Origin: Mobula birostris
Lineage: Eukaryota
Reading direction: 5' to 3'
NCBI RefSeq assembly: GCF_030028105.1
Contig: NC_092382.1
Location: forward strand, 99,402,699 to 99,466,698
Length of the DNA stretch: 64,000 nucleotides
The notes beneath the pieces were generated by a model. The model saw only the letters and a list, made by a program, of their open reading frames with translations. It was not told the DNA's origin and made no database searches. Every line of letters starts with the position of its first letter. Position 1 is the stretch's first letter. The position numbers were made by a program, and so were the translations under genes. Of the stretch, positions 12,212 to 24,633 are shown one piece after another.

Positions 12212-12891
12212 CACGGCGGCTCAGAGTGATGGGGCAGCTGAACAAAAAACTCACCGTTAGAGTACTCGCTGCTGTAAGCAAAACAGGAAACACGACTCCT
12301 GTCAATCATAGTGTGGGTTGGGTCTATGATCTGTCGTGCGCGCCGTAGCGGCAAATCAGTGAAAGAAGGGGCGGTGGTACAACTTTTCATGTTCTCCACT
12401 AAGCATTCAAATGGGAAAAGATAATCCGTGCACCGATCTTCCCTCTCCATCCTTCCTTCCTTATGTGCAGTCTTCTCACCGATCTTCAGCACGGGTGGAT
12501 CGTCACTTTTGAGTGCGACCGAAAACGTGACGAGAAACACATGGCACAAGAAATGAAGAGTCCTTCAAAGGCTGAGGAATGGAGTAGGGTTGGGCATGGG
12601 GTCTCGCATTTCCACCCCGTTAAACGCAGAGGTACGGGAACACCAACAGATTCTCCAAAGTACTCATCCCGGGGAGAAGGAGCATTTTTAAAGATAAGCC
12701 ACACCTGGGGGCAAATTGACCGTCTGCTCCAGGACAGGGTGCTCTGATGATCAGCTGTCGGCGGCCTCTGCCCATAAAAGGATGACAGGGTGACGTGAGG
12801 AATTAAAAGGATCTCTTATTATACCCTAATCGCTATGATATCCATTACCCGATTCAACTGTGATGGGGCAGAAAGAGGAAGGAGTTGCGAT

Positions 12892-13098
12892 GGGACCGGA
12901 CAATAGATGCTGTCTTCTATCCTGTTGGACAAGGTTCGGTTGAAAACTACACATCCGATTCCTACACGGCGGCAAGACCCAGCAGCACTCTGTTCAAACT
13001 GGAACTGGGACACGCATCGGCCTCCCACTCTGCCGTCTACTACTGCGCTTGTAGTACGGCACAGAACTTCAGATAACGAGTCTCCCACTGCAAAAAAA
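12892..13098 (+). pseudogene. 5'-truncated family-B V fragment
   Basis: DRTIDAVFYPVGQGSVENYTSDSY..SAVYYCACST. Heptamer CACAGAA 13060-66, 23 bp, GCAAAAAAA. No leader or FR1 upstream. Confidence 0.85.
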
Positions 13099-13134
13099 AC
13101 CCTTCCAGCCAAGCGCAGTGAGCTTCACGTTGTA

Positions 13135-13148
13135 CCACTAGGTGGCAG
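13135..13148 (+). promoter_or_regulatory. RSS-adjacent CTCF-type motif
   Basis: CCACTAGGTGGCAG, 36 bp after the nonamer. Confidence 0.8.
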
Positions 13149-13175
13149 CACCAGACCGTATACGGCTATCCCTTT

Positions 13176-14229
13176 TGCCTAACATCTGCTCTCACTCCAT
13201 CCTCCCGCCACCCCACTAGGAATAGGGTTCCACTGGTCCTCACCTACCACCCCACCAGCCTCCGGGTCCAACATATTATTCTCCGTAACTTCCGCCACCT
13301 CCAACGGGATCCCACCACTAAGCACATCTTTCCCTACCCCTCTCCCTCTGCATTCCGCAGGGATCGCTCCCTACGCAATTCCCTTGTCCATTCGTCCCCC
13401 CCATCCCTCCCCACTGATCTCCCTCCTGGCACATATCCGTGTAAGCGAAACAAGTGCTATACATGCCCTTACACTTCCTCCCTTACCACCATTCAGGGCC
13501 CCAAACAGTCCTTCAAGGTGAGGCAACACTTCACCTGTGAGTCGGCTGGGGTGATATACTGCATCCGGTGCTCCCGATGTGGCCTTTTATATATTGGCGA
13601 GACTGGACGCAGACTGGGAGACCGCTTTGCTGAACACCTACGCTCGGTCCGTCAGAGAAAGCAGGATCTCCCAGTGGCCACACATTTTAATTCCACACCC
13701 CATTCCCATTCTGACATATCTATCCACGGCCTCCTCTACTGTAAAGATGAAGCCACACTCAGGTTGGAGGAACAACACCTTATATTCCGTCTGGGTAGCC
13801 TCCAACCTGATGACATGAGCATTGACTTCTCTAACTTCCGCTAATGCCCCACCTCTCCCTCGTACCCCATCTGTTACTTATTTTTATACACACATTCTTT
13901 CTCTCACTCTCCTTTGTGTACCTCTGTCCCTCTGAATATACCCCTTGCCCATCCTCTGGGTCCCCCCCCTTGTCTTTCCTCCCGGACCTTCTGCCCCATG
14001 ATCCTCTCATATCCCCTTTGCCAATCACCTGTCCAGCTCTTGGTTCCATCCCTCCCCCTCCTGTCTTCTCCTATCATTTTGGATCTCCCCCTCCCCCTCC
14101 AACTTTCAAATCCTTTACTCACTCTTCCTTCAGTTAGTCCTGACGAAGGGTCTCGGCCTGAAACGTCGACTGCACCTCTTCCTACAGATGCTGCCTGGCC
14201 TGCTGCGTTCACCAGCAACTTTTATGTGC
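13176..14229 (+). mobile_element. 5'-truncated Penelope-like retroelement (GIY-YIG endonuclease plus pseudo-LTR)
   Basis: ORF 13518..13844 CESAGVIYCIRCSRCGLLYIGETGRRLGDRFAEHL is a GIY-YIG motif. The element is absent at the paralogous site near 42415. Imperfect flanking duplication acggctatcccttt (13162-75) / acggctgccccttt (14230-43). Confidence 0.85.
14136..14171 (+). ncRNA. Minimal type-I hammerhead ribozyme motif in the Penelope pseudo-LTR
   Basis: AGTC-CTGACGA-AGG(GTCTCGG)CCT-GAAAC-GTC^GACT: full catalytic core, stem I AGTC/GACT, stem II AGG/CCT, palindromic ACGT stem III. Confidence 0.7.
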
Positions 14230-15554
14230 ACGGCTGCCCCTTTCTGTCACGAACGGGCAGCACTCGGCTGGCTTTCTGCGCGGGCTCCTGGTCTCTCAGA
14301 TATCTCACCGAGAAGCATAAAGGCTTTGGTGAATAACAGCCTGTTATAGCACCTGTTCTGCAGTTGATGGCAGGAAACCCAAGACAGACCTGCGCACAGC
14401 TCAGCACATCGCCCAAACACCCCCTCTGTCCATAAACCGTGTTTCCTCAGTAAAGCGGCCGTTGGACATAAAGGGCTCCGGTTACCCATCCAGCAGCTTC
14501 TTTGCCTTGGTTACCCGACTCTTGAATGAACCGCTTATGCGAGAATATGGTAAAATAATGTAGACTCCCGAATTCACAATCTAACTCTGTTTGGTCCTGT
14601 TAACCTGTAGTACGATTTTCTCTGTCGATTTTAAACATTATTGATGTACCTTATACTACAACGATGCACTGTGTTACGATTTGATCTGCATGCAAGACCA
14701 GCTCTTCACTGTAAATTCATAGATGCAGCAAGTGTAAACGATTTTATTAATTTACCTTTCTCTATCTCAATTCAAAATGTTATGAATAGATCTCTGCGAA
14801 CAAGCTTTTCACCGCATAACTACACAGCGAATTCCCTGTGGTCAAGCATTGTAATTCCGAATCCCCTTCACCTTCCTACGTGTCGGTCCGTGACGACCCT
14901 TCGGGTCAAGAAGAGGCCACCCTCAAGGTAGAGGAACAACCTCTTGTATTCCATCTAGGTACTGTACCTTCCAACCTGATGGAGTGTCTTACCGTTACCT
15001 TTTATATCTTCTCGCCTGACTATTAGTTCCCCCTTGGACCGCTCATCCTTACCCTTCCCTGTTTTCCGTCTCCTCTCCTATCATATTCTTCCCACTCCAG
15101 CCCTTGACCTTTCCCTTCCACCTGTCTTCACCTATGAACCTCCGGTGGCCTTTTACCCATCCCGCAACTTTTAGTTCAGGCATTATCCTCCACCCCTGCT
15201 CCGTCCACTTTCCACTCTCAGTCCTGCTGAAGGATCTCGGCCTGAAACGTCCAATGTTGCACTTTTCCACACGCCAGCAACAGCGCTAGACCGCGAGTCT
15301 CAAACCACGAAAGATCTTGGTCCTATTCACCAAGAGGTGCAGAACGGGATTTTCGCCATGTGGGGGCAGCAGTACTCTGTTTATCGCTGCACATTGTCCT
15401 ACTCGAACGGCACGCAGCAACGCGCAATTATTATACCGGTGCATCTGTAAAAGTTTGCTCTACGAATGCATCTATACAAATGCTAACATCTCGCACATAC
15501 ATCTATGTCTTGTGTACATGTGTAATTAATGGGGCCAACATCCCTTTGGTGGCC

Positions 15555-16000
15555 TCCTGTACATAATAAAATGGCCACTCACTGTGTGATCGTGGTACTC
15601 TGCTGTTGCAGCCCATCCTCACCAAGGTCCAATATAATGAGCACACGTGGTCACTTGAATTACTGTCGCCTTCCCCTCAGCTTGAAAGAGTCTGGCCGTT
15701 CTCCTCTAAACTCGGGCATTGACAGGGCACTTTCACCCGCATAATTACCACAACAGTTTTTCGTTCCAGTCTCTGTAAACAGTAAAGTACGTTGTGTGTG
15801 AATATCCGAGGATTTCAGTCGTTTCTGAAATACGCAGCTCTCCCGGTTTGGCATCAATAAGCATTCTTCAGTCAAAGTAAATTAGATCACATTTCCTCCC
15901 TATTCTGATGTTTCGGCCGAACAGCAATAGAACCTCTTGACCATTTCTGCATGCTCTTATGCATTAACTTGCTGCCACAGGATTGACTGATGAGACATTT
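15555..16000 (-). mobile_element. Degenerate Tc1/mariner-like fragment (paralogs about 28130-28540 and 43740-44220)
   Basis: Terminal-repeat-like taataaaatggccactcactgtg. The minus-strand translation of the 28 kb paralog gives RKQCDLSDFDRRMIIGA, resembling a Tc1 transposase N-terminus. Confidence 0.55.
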
Positions 16001-17281
16001 GCACGAACGATTTGGTGTGGAGATGTCTAATAATGTGTCCACGTCGTTTGAGTAGCTTGAATGAAAACGTGGATGGATGGGTTTGTAAGTTTGAAAACGA
16101 CACAATAATTGACCGCACCATGGATGTTAGAGCAGGTTGTCAACGGAGAGAGACGGATATCTATGTAGTCAGTGCGTAGCTGTAGCTAGTAATGAGGCCA
16201 CTGAGTGTATGTTGTGTTCTCTTTACTATCGCCTCTGCAGACTTCCGCTGCACCTTCCCATCTTTCGCAGTATTCCGTCTGGAGGAGCGATTGCCCGACC
16301 CGAGGCAGGAGCATACTGAGTTGCTGTTGATCTTTCGCTTATTTGCCTACCAGGAGACAAACGACGTTCTTTTGTTGCCGTATAACCACAACTTCTGCAT
16401 CGAGTCGCCACGAAATTCCCTGTGATTTCCACGCTCTTTCAGACTGCGGGTCCAGAGTCAGTGAGACAGTAGACACACAGGGATGCATTGCGGATAATTC
16501 NNNNNNNNNNNNNNNNNNNNNNNNNNNNNNNNNNNNNNNNNNNNNNNNNNNNNNNNNNNNNNNNNNNNNNNNNNNNNNNNNNNNNNNNNNNNNNNNNNNN
16601 NNNNNNNNNNNNNNNNNNNNNNNNNNNNNNNNNNNNNNNNNNNNNNNNNNNNNNNNNNNNNNNNNNNNNNNNNNNNNNNNNNNNNNNNNNNNNNNNNNNN
16701 NNNNNNNNNNNNCTCCTTCTTTTTCGCCGTATTCCTTTCCAAGAAGCGATAGATCCTGCATTGGGTGTGCAATATATTGAGCATTATTGCTTGTTTCTGT
16801 TCTCAATAGGAACGGCAAGCGGTTTTCGCATAGCTGATGTAAAACGACAGCTGCTTCATTCACCCAGCACGAAATCGCTTTTATGTATCTATGTGTTTGT
16901 GAGTGTGTAACTGTGTATGTCTCNNNNNNNNNNNNNNNNNNNNNNNNNNNNNNNNNNNNNNNNNNNNNNNNNNNNNNNNNNNNNNNNNNNNNNNNNNNNN
17001 NNNNNNNNNNNNNNNNNNNNNNNNNNNNNNNNNNNNNNNNNNNNNNNNNNNNNNNNNNNNNNNNNNCGAAAGCGACACTGCAGAAACTGCGACCTCCACT
17101 GTCCTCCGGCTTTCGAATGACGACAGAAGGAAAACGTACCGCCCATCAGTTACACAGGAAGTGACAGACGTCATAGGACCATTGGGTAACAGCAATAATA
17201 TCGAGCAACGCAGTACATTACTTCTGAAAGCTGGTCTTGAAAGGTAGTCCATCCCAAAGCCCGCCAGATTCTACCCTGTCA

Positions 17282-17731
17282 ATGATGATGCGAGGGACAT
17301 ATTGTATTCCGCTGATCGTGGCATTGATCCCGCGTAAGTCAGGATAACAATGGTTCAGGGGAAGGTAACTCAGGTTCGGAGAACGGGCTACCATTTGTTG
17401 AGAGAAATTAGGCTCTAATGGAATTTCTCCCTTTCAGGGATTCTGGCCGTGTACGTCGAGCAGTCGCCCCCTTCCCTGTCAGTTGGATTGGGAGAGTCAA
17501 ACACCGTCCAATGCACCCTGCTGAATTCGGGCTATCCCTATATGTACTGGTACAGAAAGCGACCGGACGGGGCAATAGAAGCTCTTTTCTATTCTGCTGC
17601 GAAAGATTTAGTCAACAGTTACACGTCGGAATCCTACGCGGCAACAAGACCCAACAGCACTTTCTTTCAACTGGAGCTAAAGAACGCCTCGCACTCTCAC
17701 TCGGCCGTCTACTTCTGCGCCTGTAGTAGCG
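17282..17731 (+). CDS. TRBV: TCR beta-like V segment, family C, apparently functional
   Basis: Leader 17282-17333 (MMMRGTYCIPLIVALIP), GTAAGT donor, V exon 17438-17731 YVEQSPPSLSVG..YMYWYRK..YFCACSS. RSS CACAGAG 17732-38, 23 bp, ACAAAAACT 17762-70. Confidence 0.9.
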
Positions 17732-17810
17732 CACAGAGGTTGAGAAGCCGAGCCGCCTCTGACAAAAACTTCCTGCACAGTCGCTGAAGGCTCAGAACCC
17801 GAGTTTTCCA

Positions 17811-17824
17811 CCACTAGATGTCGC
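17811..17824 (+). promoter_or_regulatory. RSS-adjacent CTCF-type motif
   Basis: CCACTAGATGTCGC, 40 bp after the nonamer. Confidence 0.65.
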
Positions 17825-18141
17825 AGTACATTGTGCTTCAATCTCCAAGACGCGTCCAGCTTAACACTGCAATTACATTTGATCTTCCCAGCCGCACAAC
17901 ACAGTGCGTAATACACCCAATCAAGCAAAACAAACAAGGATGCCCCAAGTAATTCAGGAAGACTTCACACAAAAAACAAAGAGCGCCTCGAATTTCTCAC
18001 GAACCTGAAGGAGTTTGGCAATTCCTGTTGACCTACAGCAACACTTAAAATGATATTTGCAGGGACGAGGTTCAAACCATTGTCTATTTTTCCTGCGCCT
18101 CCGCCGATAATAAAAAAATAAACGATGTTGTGTTTGTAGAA

Positions 18142-18600
18142 ATGATTTATAACTAGATTTCCTAATGGTGGCTGGTAATGTTAGATACGCGAGTTCCTTC
18201 TCTCTGTCGTTGCAGAATACCTGGTTGATTACTGAGAGAAAGTAAGAGTCCTACAGATATTCTGTCTACAGGGGTTCTGGCCGCGTACGTGGAACAGGCG
18301 GCTCCCTCCTTGTCAATTGGAGTTGGGGCGGGGGGGGGGGGGGTGTCAGTCAACGTCACGTGCACGCTGTTCAATACCGACTATAGCAAAATGATTTGGT
18401 ACAGACAGAGACAACGCAAAGCAATAGAAGCTTTTTACTTCTCTGCCGGGCAAGGTATCCTCACAAGGTACACAGCCGAGTCCAACAGGGCCAGTATAAC
18501 TAGCAGAACGCTGTTCAAACTGGATGTGAAAGGCATCTCGCCCCCCACTCCGACGTGTTCTTCTGCGCTTGTAGTAGTGCACAGAGCTGGGCAAAAAACA
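18142..18600 (+). pseudogene. Family-D V pseudogene
   Basis: Leader frame is broken. V exon from 18272 has a poly-G insertion and a -1 frameshift at the C run near 18541. Heptamer CACAGAG 18580-86 is followed almost directly by a nonamer-like sequence (spacer deleted). Confidence 0.85.
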
Positions 18601-18638
18601 TCTTCCCTATCGATCAGAGGTTTATAAACAGCTTGGCC

Positions 18639-18652
18639 CCACTAGGGGGCAG
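18639..18652 (+). promoter_or_regulatory. CTCF-type motif 3' of the family-D pseudogene
   Basis: CCACTAGGGGGCAG. Confidence 0.8.
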
Positions 18653-19706
18653 CATCAGATTGCGTTTCACAACTCATTTTGCATCTGGCAGATGAATCAC
18701 TTTGCCCTGTTCCGGTATTATTCAGCTCCGGCCTCCAGGTCCCTGTCTTTTATTCACCATTCCCTGCACTGCACGCCTTCCCGTGCCTTTCAGCACTTTT
18801 TAATATTATTTTCCTCTGATCCATAGAACAATGCAAAGCACCACGGTGAAGACTGCGTCACAGGTTGTCTCGGCAGCGGGAGAAATACTTGGCAATTAGG
18901 ACTTCATCAATCGGAGCGTTTATAGAGCTGGGGAGTGTTACGTATGCGTGGGACAAGAACAAAAAATAGAGTTCTATGATTAAAACTGTTTCTTCACTCA
19001 TGTTGGTAAACGTCCAGGCTCTGCAGTGGACAGTTCTGGAGCTACGACGCGATTCCGCCGAGACGAAAAGACGCGCACTCGGAGCCTGGCACGTAAAATA
19101 CAGATAGACCTCCGCCAGCAGCTGGCCCGATCTATTCATTGCGCAATCAATCGGCCGCATGCGCAGTAACTCGCCAGGCCCACGCAAGCAAACCATTACA
19201 GTTCAGGGAGCTCTGCGGTATCTGGAGCATCGGCTATTGTTTCGTTCGCCATAATACGATACAAATGTTCTATGTTTTATTTATATATAAAGAAAAATAA
19301 AGATTGTCGAAGAGATCTGAAACGCTATCGTCTAAACTAGGGGCTTGAAATACAACGAGGGTTTATGCAGCCAGAGGGTCGTGAATCCATGAATTCATTG
19401 CACGGGTGTCTTTGGATATATTTCAGGCAGAAGGTGAACGTTTCTTAATTATGGATACGGATGTCCATTTAAAATGGAGATGAGGAGGAATGATTTTAAT
19501 CAGAGAATTCGTTTACTGAGGCGGCTGCCGAGGCCATGCCTTCATGTATATTTAGGATAGAGGATGATAGCTTCCTGATTATTCGGAACGTGACGGGATA
19601 CGGGGAGAAGGCAGGAAATTGGGCTGAGAGGTGAATGGATCAGTGATGGTGAAGTGCCTGACATCATTCTGCTCGTATGGACTTATGGGAGTTGACAGTT
19701 CGGAGA

Positions 19707-19743
<37 letters not shown>

Positions 19744-20457
19744 ATACTATCTCTCTATCTCTCTCTCTCTATCTGATTGTGTTTCGATCTATCTGTACAA
19801 CAGAACTGTGATGGTCGTTGACATTCCCTGTAGGTGAAAGAAATAAAGCAAATCTACGATCATAATTTGAGACATGATACCTGTTTATTCACACAAAAGT
19901 ACACAGATACATATAAAAATAAACCAATGGACCGATAAGAGAATTATGAGTAGACAGAAAATCAGCTAGAGCTATATTCATGGGGGGAGGAGAGGGGGAG
20001 GGAGTGAGTTCTACATTTCTAAAACATGGCAACCTCCATCCCCAAGCACATGGAAGAAACAAAGACAATTGATCTGCCTCCTTCCACTGCCCTTAACCCA
20101 TTCGCTTTCAACGTTGTCTTCCATATTTTAATATCACCCTGGCCAACAAAGTGATGCAAGGAGAGAGAGAGAGCGAAAGAAGGAAAGATAAGGAAGAAGA
20201 GAATGGACGGTGAAATCACTACTTATTGATCGATGAGAAAGGGATGTGGTAAGACAAGAAGGGACAATGATGATTCGGCAGAGTATAACAGCGCATGCCT
20301 GGATTCAGATTCATGAAAGAAAGTGAGGGCGCGGCCATCCGTATCACCAATGACCATTTAGGTCACTGAGTGATATGACAAGCGGGACTGAAGGGAGTGG
20401 ATTCAATGCTCCTGGACACAACACTTTCACTTGGGATGGAATTATCCTCCAGAGAAG

Positions 20458-21050
20458 ATGTTCCTGCTTCTGCAACTGATCGTCTCCTTCCACTGTGAGG
20501 GAAATTTGCTGACACTTTTTCCTCTCTCGCTTCCTTTCTCATAATCCTCACATTCTCCCGTCCTGTGCCTTCTCTGTCTCATTCGCCGCTTGTCTCCGCA
20601 CATTCCCATCCTCAACGTGAACTTCCTGAGCCGAAACCTCTCCATCGCGACCGCACCCGAAAATATCCCAACTTCAATCCTCCCCCTTCTCCACACCGTC
20701 GTTCTCGCCGGCCACATACTCACCTCTTTTCACTCCCACTCTCTTCTTCAGATGTGACCGCGGTGACGATCCAGCAGATCCCAGCTTTCTCCGGTCCGAC
20801 CGGCCGGGCTGTGACGCTGAACTGTACTATCGAGGGGAGTAGCAACACGGCTGATACGATGTTCTGGTACAGACAATACCCGGGGCAGGGGCTGGAGAAC
20901 TTTTTCTACGCTGTGGTTGCCGGCAACGTGCAAGCAAAGAGGCCGCTGTCCGGCTTTACCGCAGAGAGACCGAGCAGCTACATCTTCAGGCTGAGCTCCG
21001 TCACCTTGGAGGCGAATTCGTCAGGCGTGTACTCCTGTGCCTGGAGTGAT
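20458..21050 (+). CDS. TRBV: TCR beta-like V segment, family E, open reading frame, probably functional
   Basis: Leader 20458-20494 (MFLLLQLIVSFH), V exon 20752-21050 VTIQQIP..MFWYRQ..VYSCAWSD. RSS CACAGCG 21051-57, 23 bp, GCAAAAACC. Confidence 0.85.
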
Positions 21051-22979
21051 CACAGCGACTGGGTCAGACGGGGGAGCTGAGCAAAAACCTCACCGTCTTG
21101 ATGTCAATCGAAGTGCGGGTGTGATGCTGTCCGACAGATGGCGCTGCGATGCTGCCACTGAGACAAATAAAGGGCGACGATATCGCAGCTGCTGTTGTCA
21201 TGTATTTCTATTGTTATGCATTAAAATGGCGGAAGCGATTCTGCACAGATATGTTAGCACCCATTCTGTTTTTTTTTTTGGGTGAAAGCTTCTGTCCGAT
21301 GATCAGACTATATAGAAACTACCTCCATCGGAATTCGCGATTCTTAGATCCTTCGCTCTAAATCCTCGACATCCATTAGTCGAAACTCAAAATCCTCGGG
21401 CACTTGATGTGTTGACAAACAGAGGGACCTGGGTGTCCAAGGGAAGGACACACTCTGAGTGGTGGGAGTATCAACGGACCGAGGGACAGAAGTGTACAAG
21501 GGTAGGACATACAAAGTGAGTGGTGTGAAGTGTTGAGGAACAGGGACCCTGGGTGAACTGCCTGTCCCACGCTCGGTTGGTTGTGCTCTCAGGGACCTAA
21601 GGAATGGAAATCTTTCACGCACAACAGAAGCCTGTCGTCAGCAAGAAAACCGGTGAGCCGACTGTCATGCAGGACGAGGTTTTCACTCAGACGGCATGGT
21701 GCTGTTATTCGTCAGAGTACATGGCGCAGGCGTTGCTCTTACGTTCTTCCCGAAACGTCCAGGTGAGAGAAATTCTTCTGTCCAAGGAACTTCACAGCCG
21801 GTTCTTCGTTACATGACCGTGTTGATCAAACCTTTCCAGTGAGGTCAACTAGACTGAGACTTCCAACTATATGCAGTCTCCCTGCACCTACCTCCCTTCC
21901 ATCCAACCCTTCTTGGGCACCTTGTCATCTGCGCCGGAGGCAGGCCTATCTGTGACGTAACCCCCTCCTCCCCATCGGTTCATGGGGCCTGCCAGACAGG
22001 ACAAAGTTGTTCTGCAAACAGAGAATTAATCGGCAAAGTCTAGATATATATATATAGAGAGATATATCAATCGATGTATTGGCAAACAGATAGACAGGAA
22101 GAGACATAGATTGTTAGATAGATGGTTAGAGAGATAGATAGTTAGACAGACAGGTTAAAAAGATAGATAGAAAGACAAACACATGCGTACATATATGCAT
22201 AATCAGACAAAAGCACGGACAGAAAAGATAATCACAGCTCACAGGTGACAACTGTTGTTTCAGGACGGTAGACAGGGAGAGGGTTAGAGTGATCCTGGGG
22301 CAGAAACAGAAGGGGGGAATCCACACGACAAACAACTTCAACTTATCAGTGACTGAGAGTCGTTCATGAAGAATTTGGGGATAATCTTCAGAGAGGGAGA
22401 GCGAGCGAGATGGAGAGAATTCCGCTGGGGAATGATTCAGGTGCGCATTTAGCTGATTTGGACCGGACGTACACATTCGTTCTAAATGGTTCTGGAAGAA
22501 CTATGCAGGGCTACAACCCGGCACTGACTGTGGGAGGCGGTGGTTGGGAGACGTGTACTCTCTGTCCTATGTCCAACAAACAAGAAACGCCGGTGGGACT
22601 CAGCAGGCCAGGCAGCATCTATGGAGCGGAATAAGAAGTCGATGTTACCGAGACAATACGTCAGAACTGCAAGGGGTGGTAGGTTCAGAACAAAATATTT
22701 GGAGGCAAATCTTTTTTGAAAAAGTACGGATTGAGATATAGCGGGTAAAGGGAGAAACACGGAGGGAGTGATATGGAGAGAGAGCGAGACTGTTGGGTGG
22801 TCAAATTGGAACGGAAGCAACGCATCCCTCGTAGGCTTATAGAAGGGGCGTGTCTGATCGCTACTTCCGCAAATCCACCTACGTCACTGGGATAAGTAAC
22901 AAGCGGGGATGAAGTGAATGGATTCGTCTCTGATGCACGCAGCGCTTTTATCGCTGAGAGAATAAACCCGCCAAGGAAG

Positions 22980-23452
22980 ATCTTTCTATTTCTGCAGTTC
23001 ATCCTCGCCTTCCGTTGTGAGTAAGCTTGACAATAATTATTATTTTTATTTCTTTGCTTCTCTCTTTCTTTCTGATTCCCTTCACTTGCTCTACCATCTA
23101 GTCGGCTCGGAATCTGTCTCTATTTAATTATGAGCCCCCGCGTCCTCACACGATCTTTCCTCAGGCGCCGCTTCTAATTTCCGTCCTCCTCTCGATCTCT
23201 CCCCCACTTCAGTTCCCTTTCATTTCCTCAATGTACCCTCTTTCTCAACCTCCCTATTGACCCGGGGTCCCCCTGTTCAATCACAGCATTTTGCCACCCA
23301 GGTCTCTTTTTCCCAGATGCGAGCTCGGTGGCGATCCAACAGACACCGACTGTCTCCGGAACTCCCGGCCAGAAGGTGACCCTGCATTGCACAGTACAGG
23401 GTAGTGACAGTGATGCTAACTGGTTGTATTGGTAACGACAATACCCGGGAAC
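22980..23452 (+). pseudogene. Family-A V pseudogene, 3' half lost
   Basis: Start codon is ATC, exon from 23317, TAA at the WY position. Homology stops near 23452, where sequence paralogous to 37175 begins. Confidence 0.85.
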
Positions 23453-23789
23453 CGCAATTTTTTTTTTTTTTATTCAGTCACATTCCCAGTTTGTCAGCCG
23501 GCCAAGGAATTATGATTGATGTAGCCGTGTAGGGCAGGAAAAGCCGTTCGTTCGACGATGATGCGCCGGCTCTTCAACCTATCCCACGTTCAACCTTCTC
23601 TTTTAGATGGATACTCAGTCAAAATTTCAAACAAGCAATCGGGGCTAATTGTGCAGACAACTTTACAGATTGGCCAGCCGAGGTCTTCCAGCATTCTGCG
23701 TGCGTTACCTGCATTTCGTTTCCCAGACGCTCTCCTCTATTAAAAGAAAAACAGGTTGAAAATAAACCTCACACCAATTTAATATCCCC

Positions 23790-24449
23790 GCACACCCCCC
23801 CCCCCACACTTCCAGACAGTGATGTAGCCAGTCACTGATGTTTTCGAGTGTCATAGTTGACAGACCAAATTTCCTGACACTACTAATCAAATAAGAACGG
23901 TGTCTTACAATCTTAATAGCTGCATCAATAAGTTCCATCCAGGTTAGGTCCTCAGAGATATTGACAGCCAGGAACATGAAGTTGGTCACTCTCTCCATTC
24001 GCGCTCCCTCTATGAGACTGATTTCTGTCCTTACCCTTCCTGAAGTCCACGATCAGCTCTTTGGTCTTCCGGACGTTGAGTTCAAGACTGTTGCGGCGAC
24101 ACCACTCCACTAGATGTCGCTCGTGTGCGTCCACTCGTTACCACCTGAAATTCTGCCAACAATGGAATTATCGCCAGCAAATTTAAAGATGTTGTTTCAG
24201 CTCTGCCTGGTCGCACAGTCATGGCTGTAGACAGAGTAGAGCAGTGGGCTAAGCACACAGTCCTGTGAAGCGCCAATGTTATTTGTCAGCGAGGTGGTGA
24301 TGTTATTTCTAATCCGCACAAATTGTGGTCGTCTGGATCCAGATGAGAGGGTGGAACAGAGGCCTAGTGTCCGTACCCTTTCGATCAGGACTGGAGGACT
24401 GATGGTTTTAAATGATAAGCTACAATCAATAAGCACCATCCTGACAGAG
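23790..24449 (-). mobile_element. Degenerate non-LTR retrotransposon RT fragment (paralog about 37500-38180)
   Basis: Minus-strand translations HLVEWCRRNSLELNVRKTKELIVDFRK and GASQDCVLSPLLYSVYSHDC. Confidence 0.8.
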
Positions 24450-24579
24450 GCATCAAGGCCGAGCAGCACTCTGTTTCAACTGGAACTGAGACAAGCATCG
24501 GCCTCCCACACCGCCGTCTCCTTCTGCGCTTATTGTATAGCACAGAACCTGAATTAGCGAATTTCCCACCACAAACTAA
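24450..24579 (+). pseudogene. Family-B' V 3' fragment
   Basis: RPSSTLFQLELRQASASHTAVSFCAYCI. Heptamer CACAGAA 24541-47, nonamer ACAAACTAA. The promoter, leader and 5' V present in the 38-39 kb paralog are deleted here. Confidence 0.8.
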
Positions 24580-24619
24580 CTTCCAGCCAAACAGAGGGAA
24601 TTTCTGCGGCCCTGCTGCA

Positions 24620-24633
24620 CCACTAGGGGGCAG
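24620..24633 (+). promoter_or_regulatory. RSS-adjacent CTCF-type motif
   Basis: CCACTAGGGGGCAG, 40 bp after the nonamer. Confidence 0.8.

Noticed and set aside
24276-24557. ORF fusing antisense LINE sequence to V FR3
   Set aside because: By-product of a deletion junction; it has no promoter, leader or first Cys.
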